This document shows positions 45,724 to 53,281 of a stretch of 53,281 nucleotides of DNA, one piece after another. Position numbers and translations under genes: made by a program. The DNA is taken from the IMG/VR virus record IMGVR_UViG_3300047094_001628, positions 1 through 53,281 of that record; one strand, written 5' to 3'. Numbering within the stretch: position 1 is the stretch's first letter; each line of letters starts with the position of its first letter. Under the pieces are notes generated by a model. That model saw only the letters and a program-made list of their open reading frames with translations. It did no database searches and had not been told where the DNA came from. Origin of the DNA: a virus. Lineage: Duplodnaviria > Caudoviricetes.

Positions 45724-46455
45724 TTATTTTCTTAAAAAGTTATTCAATTTATTCATCAAGTCAATAGACCGATTCATAGGATTTGTGTTATCAGTGGATT
45801 CTGACGATATCTGCCTTAATTTTTTTTCTTCTTCAATATTTTCATCGAATGAATGTCGATCGTCAATGTTTGAGAACAAATAAGCTCCTGGTGTGGAAGG
45901 TGAAGAAACTAGGTCAAAACATATTAATTCAAAATCCTTTTGAACTTCGTTTTGCTCTCCAACTTTTTTCAGAGACCCAACACCCCTAGATGATATTCCT
46001 AAAGTTACTCCTTGTCTTAGTAAATTTGCGGCTTGATCTCCCTTGGTTGATACAATCCCCCTCTCATGAAATCCAGGTGACGTTAAAAGTTTTAGTTTTC
46101 CAAGTAACATTTGACCTTCCCACCATAAGTCACTAATTATGTGAGACACTCGGTCTAAATCAATCAATGAAGACTCTGGATGGTTTAATTCAGATAATGC
46201 TACTCCTTTCTTAATTAATTTTTTGTAATTCTCAGCTTCTCTTTTAAGAATTTGTTCTGGATAAATTCTACCATTTCTATTTGGTGTATTATATTTTTGT
46301 AATACAGCATAGAATTCAAAAGGTTTCGAATAATCTAATTGAGTTTTTTGTTCTTCCAAAACTTTTATGTTTCTGTGATCTGTGGCAGACACAAATCCTG
46401 CGTCCATCTCAATCAAGATACCTTTTCCCACTTCGTTTGGTCCTAATATTTTCAT
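45724..46455 (-). CDS. Prohead maturation protease (T4 gp21-like)
   Basis: NRNGRIYP, ELNHP, VSH, LGISSRGVGS, FDLVSSPSTPGA. Confidence 0.95.
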   Translation of the reverse strand: MKILGPNEVGKGILIEMDAGFVSATDHRNIKVLEEQKTQLDYSKPFEFYAVLQKYNTPNRNGRIYPEQILKREAENYKKLIKKGVALSELNHPESSLIDLDRVSHIISDLWWEGQMLLGKLKLLTSPGFHERGIVSTKGDQAANLLRQGVTLGISSRGVGSLKKVGEQNEVQKDFELICFDLVSSPSTPGAYLFSNIDDRHSFDENIEEEKKLRQISSESTDNTNPMNRSIDLMNKLNNFLRK

Positions 46456-46463
46456 AAAAAATT

Positions 46464-46475
46464 TATAAATAAATA
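46464..46475 (-). promoter_or_regulatory. Tandem TATTTAT(TTATA) candidate late promoter
   Basis: TATTTATTTATA ends 8 nt upstream of ATG 46455. Confidence 0.6.
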
Positions 46476-46925
46476 TTAGCTAGTTTCGATTGTTTTTGTT
46501 TTTTTTGTTTTTTCAAAATCGAAATAAATATTTTGAGAAAAATTATGGGAATTTATGAAAGAAGTTATATCTTGCAAATGTTTTTTTAAGGTCAGAGATT
46601 TGAACTCAACATTTTTATTTACAAAAAAAGTTATTTCTAAATTCATAAAACTTTTTTTACCCATAACAAGACCACTAGTTCTAAGATCTAAATCACAAAT
46701 GAATGTAGATTGAAATAAATTAAGATCTAAAAAATCACCTATGGTTTCTTTGATTTCTCTATTTAATATGTTTATGACTCTCGACCAATTTTCAACATTT
46801 TTTTTGGGTGTTACCCAACTTTGGATATTCAAATACAATGATTTAAATGTTCTTGAATCCACCGTACCGTACGTACTTTTTAATCTTGTAAATCCATTTA
46901 ATTTACACGTTTTGCCTTTTTTCAT
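46476..46925 (-). CDS. Hypothetical protein divergent from bS21
   Basis: 149 aa; YGTVD, DLDLRTSG, KKSFMNLEIT. Confidence 0.75.
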   Translation of the reverse strand: MKKGKTCKLNGFTRLKSTYGTVDSRTFKSLYLNIQSWVTPKKNVENWSRVINILNREIKETIGDFLDLNLFQSTFICDLDLRTSGLVMGKKSFMNLEITFFVNKNVEFKSLTLKKHLQDITSFINSHNFSQNIYFDFEKTKKTKTIETS

Positions 46926-46960
46926 TAATTAACTTCATAACAATGGTTTATTTTTTTTCA

Positions 46961-46992
46961 AAAAAATAGTTATAATATTGATATAAATCAAA
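46961..46992 (-). promoter_or_regulatory. Bacteroidota-type promoter, TTTG-N20-TAnnTTTT
   Basis: Minus-strand TTTG at 46992-46989 and TATTTTTT at 46968-46961, upstream of ATG 46925. Confidence 0.5.
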
Positions 46993-47022
46993 TTTTTTCC
47001 ATTATTAATATAATTAGTTGAT

Positions 47023-47214
47023 ATGATAATAATAAAAATTAATGGTACGTCGAATCTCGACAAAAGCCTCAAATTATTGAAAGGAAAAATAATCAGAACC
47101 AAACAGAATGAAATTCTTTTATCAAGATTATCTCATGAAAGTAAATCTCAAAAAAGAAGAAAGGAAATTCTAAAAGCTCAGTTTATACAAAAAAAACGTA
47201 GTTCTGAGGGGTAA
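47023..47214 (+). CDS. rpsU: Phage-encoded ribosomal protein bS21 (Bacteroidia type, divergent)
   Basis: 63 aa, basic; MIIIKI...NLDKSLK..K.K..RTK...L..R...S..RR..I.KAQFIQ aligns in register with Bacteroidota bS21; the antisense position among head genes matches described bS21 phages. Confidence 0.85.
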   Translation: MIIIKINGTSNLDKSLKLLKGKIIRTKQNEILLSRLSHESKSQKRRKEILKAQFIQKKRSSEG

Positions 47215-47216
47215 AT

Positions 47217-47918
47217 TTACAAACTCTCGTATAGGTTTTTTAACCTAACAAAGTTAATCCTATCAAAAGTTTCTTTCTCAATGGTACTGATGGTTTCTTG
47301 AATTTTTGAAGAAATGTCTTCAGTATTTTCTTTTGAGATGTCTAGTAATTTATTGATAGTATTGGTTTTGACTTCGTCATATTTTTTTTGAAGAGTTTCT
47401 TCACTCTCTGTCAAAATACTCATCAACTCTTTTTGAGTATTTTCATCTAAATTCGAAATATAATTAGACGCGGTACTATTTGCGATCTTCAGAATAGAAT
47501 TAATGGGTAAGTTGATATTTTCTTTCTTTTCTGTATCTTCTGAAAGTTGATTAATTAACCTTTTTTTAGAGTGTGCACACTCCACCAAATTTGTAAAATC
47601 AGGGTAAATTAAATTATCAATATCCTCGTATATGTTATCAGTTTTGATTTCTTTAACCCAAAATTCGGCCAATTTTTTCTTTACCGATTTTTTATTTTCT
47701 TCAATCTGTTTTACAGATTCTTGAATAAAAATTTCAGCAGTGTCCTTATCTAAAGACCTTGTGTTTTTTAATGATTGATAGTGATAAAATACAGAAGTTA
47801 AATCTTTATTTTCAAGAACCAATTTCTTGAATTTTTTAATCTCCTGTTCGAAAATACCATTTTGGTATGACGAGATTAGATGATCTTCTATTGATGAAAA
47901 AAGTTCTCCGAATTTCAT
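47217..47918 (-). CDS. Hypothetical helical protein between portal and bS21
   Basis: 233-aa ORF preceded by a TATTTAAT variant motif (47930-47937). Confidence 0.75.
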   Translation of the reverse strand: MKFGELFSSIEDHLISSYQNGIFEQEIKKFKKLVLENKDLTSVFYHYQSLKNTRSLDKDTAEIFIQESVKQIEENKKSVKKKLAEFWVKEIKTDNIYEDIDNLIYPDFTNLVECAHSKKRLINQLSEDTEKKENINLPINSILKIANSTASNYISNLDENTQKELMSILTESEETLQKKYDEVKTNTINKLLDISKENTEDISSKIQETISTIEKETFDRINFVRLKNLYESL

Positions 47919-47930
47919 AATGTTTATTTA

Positions 47931-49775
47931 TTAAATATTATCGTCCGACAATTTATCCAACACTTGACTTATTGATTGTAATATTTTTTCTCCTTTATCA
48001 AAATCAATCTCACTTTTTTCTTCGATTTCCAATCTTTCTAGAATAATATTTGTGGACTTCTTTTTATTTTCAGGAGCTAATACTGGTTCTTCAGGAGGAG
48101 GAAGTGTTTCACCACCAGGTCCAGGTGCCATACCACCTAATTCACCACCCATAGGCGGCAAAGGTTCCGCACCACTAGGTGGAACAGATCCACTCGTGGC
48201 AGTTTCACCACTTAAAACTGATTTACTGTACAGTTTATCAATATTATCAAATATACCCGTTCTATTAATAACGTTAGGAGTATTTGCCAACTCAGCGGCA
48301 ACTGCGATCTCCATTCTTTGTTGGTTAAGATCCAATTTGATTTCATCGTCAGAGAAACCAAGTATGTGTTTTTTAGCCCAAGCATTAGATACAGGTGCAA
48401 TTCCCTCAATTTTTGTAACAGCATCTCGATACAATAACATTTTTTCTTTCCAAACTTCCACAGTAAGTAAATCAGCTTGTTTTGATGGATTGGTCAAAGA
48501 CAATTGAAATGAACCTAGTTCATCCTCAAACCCTAAAAGAAATAAATGAATTATTGCGATTTTATTTAGTTCAGCAATCATACATTTTTGAATACGATTG
48601 ATCGTTCTAGCAAAACGAATATCTTGAAGTGATAAATTTTTCCCATCTCCGACGGGTTCTTCAAATCCTAAAAATGCTTTAGGAATTCTTAAAGCTGTTA
48701 GAAGTTTCTTCTGAATGTACTCGATATCAGCAATTTCAGAAAGATTTTGAGCCCCTGCTAAGGTATCAATAGGTGTTGGTGCGGCAGGGTCTCTAACAGG
48801 AATAAAGAAATCTTGGTCAACCGCCATTTGATTGAATCTCATATCGACATTACCCGTTTTAGGATCAGCTATTTGGTCTTTTTTGAATTGTTGTGCAAAT
48901 CTTTGTACATATGGATACACATCAGCGTCATCCATATTCCCGACATAAACTTTGAAAACTCTTCTCTCAGGTGCTCGTGAGGTCCTATAAACTAACATCG
49001 CATCCTCAGCTAACACCAATTGTTTCCAAATTCTTCTTGCCTTCTCAGTCATCGATGTACCATATGGTAACTTACGATCATCTCCTAACAATCTAAAATG
49101 TGCAATTTCCCAACTATTAAAATCAAGTTGTTTGTTTTTCCAAGTGAATGTCAAACTTTTCACATCTGGTCTTGATGATTGTGCAGCCCCAAAACCTGAG
49201 GTTGCTCTACCTTTCATACCAACCTCGATCCTTTCTATCTCTATATTTGGTAATTGTAGACACCCAACAACACCTCTTTCAGGATCTAATTTCAAAAACA
49301 CAAAATTATCACCATACTTAGCGGTATTACGCGTCCACATAGGTAAATTTGTATTGATATCTAAAGCATTATTAAACAAGTCAGCTAAAATTGATTTAAT
49401 CCTCGGTGAGTCCGAATAGATTTGTAACATAAATCCATTTTCATCGACCGTAGTTGATTCTTCAGCGTATGTGTCTAATGCTGAGGCAATTTCAGGTGTG
49501 TATTCCATACTTTCAAAATCATAATATGAAGCCAATCTTGTTGGTTCATAATATACCGCTTGATTGTATAGATTATTTTCAACTTTAGCCCATTGACTTA
49601 CAAGATAATATGTTTGTTGAGCTTGAAGTTTTTGTTTTTCATATTCGTCTTTATTTTGGGTCTTGAGTAATTCTTTTTTATCAAAAGTATATGTTGGTAA
49701 ATCTTGACCCAATAAAGAATTTGGCCCTAAACTTTGAGATAATCTCTGCCAAATCGTTAAATTTTTATTTTCCAT
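47931..49775 (-). CDS. Portal protein (T4 gp20-like)
   Basis: MEYTPEIASALD, KYGD, LAEDAMLVYRTSRAPERRVFKVYVGN, DFFIPVR, IDTLAG, ALRIPK; ATG 49775 preferred over TTG 49784. Confidence 0.95.
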   Translation of the reverse strand: MENKNLTIWQRLSQSLGPNSLLGQDLPTYTFDKKELLKTQNKDEYEKQKLQAQQTYYLVSQWAKVENNLYNQAVYYEPTRLASYYDFESMEYTPEIASALDTYAEESTTVDENGFMLQIYSDSPRIKSILADLFNNALDINTNLPMWTRNTAKYGDNFVFLKLDPERGVVGCLQLPNIEIERIEVGMKGRATSGFGAAQSSRPDVKSLTFTWKNKQLDFNSWEIAHFRLLGDDRKLPYGTSMTEKARRIWKQLVLAEDAMLVYRTSRAPERRVFKVYVGNMDDADVYPYVQRFAQQFKKDQIADPKTGNVDMRFNQMAVDQDFFIPVRDPAAPTPIDTLAGAQNLSEIADIEYIQKKLLTALRIPKAFLGFEEPVGDGKNLSLQDIRFARTINRIQKCMIAELNKIAIIHLFLLGFEDELGSFQLSLTNPSKQADLLTVEVWKEKMLLYRDAVTKIEGIAPVSNAWAKKHILGFSDDEIKLDLNQQRMEIAVAAELANTPNVINRTGIFDNIDKLYSKSVLSGETATSGSVPPSGAEPLPPMGGELGGMAPGPGGETLPPPEEPVLAPENKKKSTNIILERLEIEEKSEIDFDKGEKILQSISQVLDKLSDDNI

Positions 49776-49783
49776 AATTAACA

Positions 49784-49790
49784 ATAAATA
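49784..49790 (-). promoter_or_regulatory. Candidate late-promoter motif TATTTAT
   Basis: Lies 8 nt upstream of portal ATG 49775. Confidence 0.55.
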
Positions 49791-49804
49791 TTCGACTAAT
49801 TAAA

Positions 49805-51574
49805 TCAACGCTTACCACTTCCAAACAACCATGAATATTCTTTATAATCGTTTAACGAAGGTTGATTTCTAAACGCAGGATTTTCTCTATAATTTGTATT
49901 TGGTAATGCGGGATTAAAATGTGTTGTCGCTGGTTGTTCGTACGATTTAACCTCCCATGATTCTAGTAAAACCTTTGCTTGTTGTGAAACTTTTTGTAAC
50001 TGAGCAAATGAATAATCCGCAACATAGACCGCCATAGCCAAAGACATAATAAGGTCATCATGTTGTCCTTTCATATGGTCTGGTCTACCATTCACATAAA
50101 CAAAAGTGTTCATTTCGTTGACTAAACGAATAGAATGTATTTTCAAACCATGTCGAAAATATTCTTCTAACGCAGCAATAATTTGAACTCTTTTATTGTT
50201 GAAATTAATACCAGGTATTTTATCCTGCATTTTTGGGTCAAATTTCCATTTATTCGCAATGTCCATACCATCCACATAAAGTTCTTTATAACCAAGTTCT
50301 TGGAGTTTTCTTGCTGTAGAAACTCCCATTCCACCTGTAATATCAACTACTACAAAGGCTTTATACATAGTTGCCCATTTATAAACTATGTCAGCTAAAT
50401 TATCAGGTGGGAGTTTTCCCAAATACTCAACAGCTTGTTCTTTATCGTCAAAATCAAAAATCTGGAAAGTTGAAAAGTCTTCACTATCACCTCTCGAAAC
50501 GTCTACACCCATAATGTATCTGTGACCTATGATAGGTTCGTTCCACAACCATAATCCACCACTAACCATTTTATTTAATGGGTCTTTAACATCGTTTTCT
50601 AATATTTTTTGGACCAAGTTTGAATCGAATACGTTATCTCCTGACCCCAAAAAATTACACTCTAATTCTTGAGCGACTTTTCTTTTGTCATATTTTAATT
50701 TTTTGACCATTTTTTCAAACCAATTCGAGGTTGGTTTGAATCCATCATCTATAAGTCTTTGTATTTCGTCATAATCTCTATCCGCAGGTAATTTTTCTGA
50801 AACATCAACTATTTCAGGGTTTGGATATTCATCTCTGTTCAAATAAAAATGTATTAAATCATCTACTTTGATAAATTGTAAATCTTTTGTGTATCGTGGA
50901 TCTCTCCACCAAAACATTTCTGATATTTTGAAATCGTTAATACCTCTTATTGATTGATCGTAAATTTCGTAATAAATTGGATCATACCCGTTTGGTGTTG
51001 ATATTACAATAACTTTACCACCTGTGGATAATGAGGCCATACAAGCCGCCCAAAAATCACTATCGGCCTCGATATACGCCGCCTCGTCGAATATTAGAAT
51101 TGTAGGAGTATAACCACGTAACGCATCCTTCGATGTTGCAACCGCTTTTACTTCACATCCATTCGATATTTTAAAGTGTCTTTGCGAGTTTTTTTCTGCA
51201 CTATATGTTATACCAACCCAACTAGGCCATTGGTCAATAAATCCTCTAACTTTATTTGCAAATTCAACAGCCGTATCTAACTTATTTGCAATACACAAAA
51301 CCTTTTCAGGTTTGTTCTTGAGAGCAAAAGCTAATTTTTTACTTATCCAAGCCGCAGTTACTGTTGATACCCCAGCTTGTCTATATTTTTTGGCAATGTT
51401 TTCGTTATACTCTTCGTAATCTTTGATAAGTTTTGCTTGATCAGGAAATAACTCTAATGGAACATATTTTGATTGAGTATTGTCGTAAGTTTGTAAATAC
51501 GTTCTTAAAGCATATTCAGTATTCCTTACACATTTAGTGTACTCAAGTAATAATTGTTCTTTTGAAAAACCCAT
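49805..51574 (-). CDS. Terminase large subunit (T4 gp17-like)
   Basis: KYRQAGVST Walker A variant, ILIFDEAA Walker B, ISTPNG, QELECNF, MGVDVSRG..ED, HDDLIM. Confidence 0.95.
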   Translation of the reverse strand: MGFSKEQLLLEYTKCVRNTEYALRTYLQTYDNTQSKYVPLELFPDQAKLIKDYEEYNENIAKKYRQAGVSTVTAAWISKKLAFALKNKPEKVLCIANKLDTAVEFANKVRGFIDQWPSWVGITYSAEKNSQRHFKISNGCEVKAVATSKDALRGYTPTILIFDEAAYIEADSDFWAACMASLSTGGKVIVISTPNGYDPIYYEIYDQSIRGINDFKISEMFWWRDPRYTKDLQFIKVDDLIHFYLNRDEYPNPEIVDVSEKLPADRDYDEIQRLIDDGFKPTSNWFEKMVKKLKYDKRKVAQELECNFLGSGDNVFDSNLVQKILENDVKDPLNKMVSGGLWLWNEPIIGHRYIMGVDVSRGDSEDFSTFQIFDFDDKEQAVEYLGKLPPDNLADIVYKWATMYKAFVVVDITGGMGVSTARKLQELGYKELYVDGMDIANKWKFDPKMQDKIPGINFNNKRVQIIAALEEYFRHGLKIHSIRLVNEMNTFVYVNGRPDHMKGQHDDLIMSLAMAVYVADYSFAQLQKVSQQAKVLLESWEVKSYEQPATTHFNPALPNTNYRENPAFRNQPSLNDYKEYSWLFGSGKR

Positions 51575-51584
51575 TCCATCAACT

Positions 51585-52823
51585 TTATTTGAGCAAATCG
51601 TCTAGATTTATATCTTTCAATTCATCATCATCATCATCGTCGTCATCCTCTCCCTCAATTTCATTCAACTTATTCACAATTTCACTCACCATTCTGTCTA
51701 TGATTTGATTAGCTTTAGGATCTCCAACTAAAATTTTTTTAGTCAAATTAATAAAATCCTCAGCACTTATCATCACAAATTTTTGGAAAAGATAATTTTG
51801 AATAATTCTTTGTCCTGGTTCAAAGATTTTGTTCGGGTAAGCGGTAATTAACTTTTCCCAAAAAATTGGACCAAATCTTAAATCCCAAACTTCAGCAGGT
51901 AATGTATCTTCATAACCCGTCACCGCTTTTTGTTGGTCAGGGTTTGATGGTAAACCATGAGTTCCTATGACATCGTATGTTCCTTTGACTAATTCATGTA
52001 ATAGAACAGGAAATATAACACCTCGAGCAATTACTGTTGGTGGATCAGTATTTGTATCAATTTCTTCTGAACCAGCTTTACTACTCATCAAATTACTCAA
52101 CATATTTTCATTCAAAATCCAATAAAGTATTTCATTTATAGACATTAATGTGCCATACAAATTCAACAATCTAGGGTCTAAAGCATTCAATTTTTCTTCA
52201 ACTAGATGAAACATATACTGACCTTTAGCCCCAGCACCTTGAACAAACATATTAATTAAACGTCTTTTACTTCTTTCAATATTAAATTCGTCCAAGGCCT
52301 TTATTAACGCATCAACAGGGTTTACCTCTTCATTTTCAGGATCTTTGAAAAGTTGAAGTATTTCTTCTTCGGTTTTTTCTTCAGGTTCCATCTGAAACCC
52401 TTCATCAGGAATTTCAGATTGACTTACTAAGTAAGCCTGGTATTGTATGTCTGTAGGTGGTACTTCTAATTCTTCTCTTACTAATTCAATAGATAAATTT
52501 TCTAGATATTCTTTGTGTTGTCTTTCAATTCTTACGATTTCTCTCAAAGCCCCCATTAATAACATTTGTAAATTACCAATACTTCTTATATCGATAGGGC
52601 CTGGAATTTGAGTATATCTTCTAATATTATCGACAACTTGTTTGAATCTATCGGATGCAATAATTTCCTCAAAAGTTTGGTTTCCTGTGGTTTTTGGTAA
52701 AAAAGGTTGTTTTGAAACGGGAGTCTCTCCTCTTTCAATTTTCCTTTGAATACTAGGATCCATCCTTTCAGGTCTTCCACCATAATCGATGGGGGCTTCT
52801 TTTATATGTTTTTTGTAAGACAT
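51585..52823 (-). CDS. Hypothetical large-phage protein with an LLHELVKG motif and poly-Asp tail
   Basis: KRRLINMFVQG, ARGVIFPVLLHELVKG, AEVWDLRFGP. Confidence 0.75.
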   Translation of the reverse strand: MSYKKHIKEAPIDYGGRPERMDPSIQRKIERGETPVSKQPFLPKTTGNQTFEEIIASDRFKQVVDNIRRYTQIPGPIDIRSIGNLQMLLMGALREIVRIERQHKEYLENLSIELVREELEVPPTDIQYQAYLVSQSEIPDEGFQMEPEEKTEEEILQLFKDPENEEVNPVDALIKALDEFNIERSKRRLINMFVQGAGAKGQYMFHLVEEKLNALDPRLLNLYGTLMSINEILYWILNENMLSNLMSSKAGSEEIDTNTDPPTVIARGVIFPVLLHELVKGTYDVIGTHGLPSNPDQQKAVTGYEDTLPAEVWDLRFGPIFWEKLITAYPNKIFEPGQRIIQNYLFQKFVMISAEDFINLTKKILVGDPKANQIIDRMVSEIVNKLNEIEGEDDDDDDDDELKDINLDDLLK

Positions 52824-53281
52824 TATTTTTTAAATTTTATATTTAATTGATCAAATGTTAAATAATCTGGTATTTTAACCTTACCAGGATTTGGTACTAA
52901 ATCACGAATTTTGTTTTCAGTTGTTTCTATCTCCTTAAGATCACTTTCTAATTTTCCTTTTGTAATTGAAAACACTGGAGTTTGTGATTTCTTATTCATT
53001 TTGAATTTTCCAATTTGTTTGTTGTTGTGTAAGGGTCTTTTGATAATAGATTGGTTTTGTGCAATCATCTCAATAAGTGTTGCTTTGTCTGTTTGTGGTA
53101 ATAAATTTGTTTTTATCTGATTTCTTGTTATGTTCTCCAAAATTGGAATTATTGGGTTCTTGTTTTCCTTAATTTGTTTTTTGACATCCATAACACATCT
53201 CTCATATTGTTTCATTTGGTTTTTAGACCAATCACTTCGTTCAGTACTACCAAATTTTTTACCCATGGTTGCGGTACATAT
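52823..53281 (-). CDS. Hypothetical protein, 5' end outside the window
   Basis: The frame stays open past ATG 53266 to the edge (ICTAT-MGKK...YERCV). Confidence 0.7.
   Translation of the reverse strand: MCTATMGKKFGSTERSDWSKNQMKQYERCVMDVKKQIKENKNPIIPILENITRNQIKTNLLPQTDKATLIEMIAQNQSIIKRPLHNNKQIGKFKMNKKSQTPVFSITKGKLESDLKEIETTENKIRDLVPNPGKVKIPDYLTFDQLNIKFKK

Noticed and set aside
1953-53120. Remaining short ORFs nested antisense or out of frame in long genes (for example 1953..2321, 14531..14884, 27407..27748, 37831..38268, 48052..48507)
   Set aside because: Fully overlapped by well-supported genes and lacking recognisable motifs.
1-53281. Stop-codon reassignment as seen in some large phages
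   Set aside because: Core genes are intact and densely packed in the standard code; the two interrupted frames noted involve TAA, not TAG or TGA.
1-53281. tRNA, rRNA, introns, inteins or homing endonucleases
   Set aside because: Intergenic gaps are short and AT-rich with no cloverleaf seen by eye; terminase, portal and capsid genes are uninterrupted. A tRNAscan-SE or Infernal run would be needed to exclude them formally.

Overview
The window is a segment of a large, AT-rich, T4-like (myovirus-type) phage genome read in the standard genetic code. The host is most likely Bacteroidota: it carries a Bacteroidia-type bS21, a DUF4494-like gene and TTTG-N20-TAnnTTT(G) promoters, and Shine-Dalgarno sequences are not evident. 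Right third: the head and packaging module (large terminase, portal, prohead protease, scaffold, gp23-like major capsid protein) with a phage-encoded ribosomal protein bS21 on the opposite strand, plus baseplate/spike-like genes and a gp55-like sigma factor. Middle: a plus-strand operon of about 17 kb with glycosyltransferases, methyltransferases, nucleotide-sugar enzymes (UDP-sugar dehydrogenase, GDP-mannose 3,5-epimerase), a HAD/CapK-like ligase/PLP-enzyme cassette, dUTPase and a 3'-5' exonuclease. Left: two very large Thr/Pro (mucin-like) repeat proteins, one of them a 2194-aa PKD/DUF285 modular protein, followed directly by a GT60 GlcNAc transferase and further glycosyltransferases. The leading hypothesis is a phage-encoded mucin-type O-glycosylation system for virion proteins with a swappable glycan-tailoring island, including a possible uronamide pathway. 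A sense-strand TATTTAT motif precedes most structural genes and is a candidate late promoter. All family calls are by motif recognition from memory; no searches were run.
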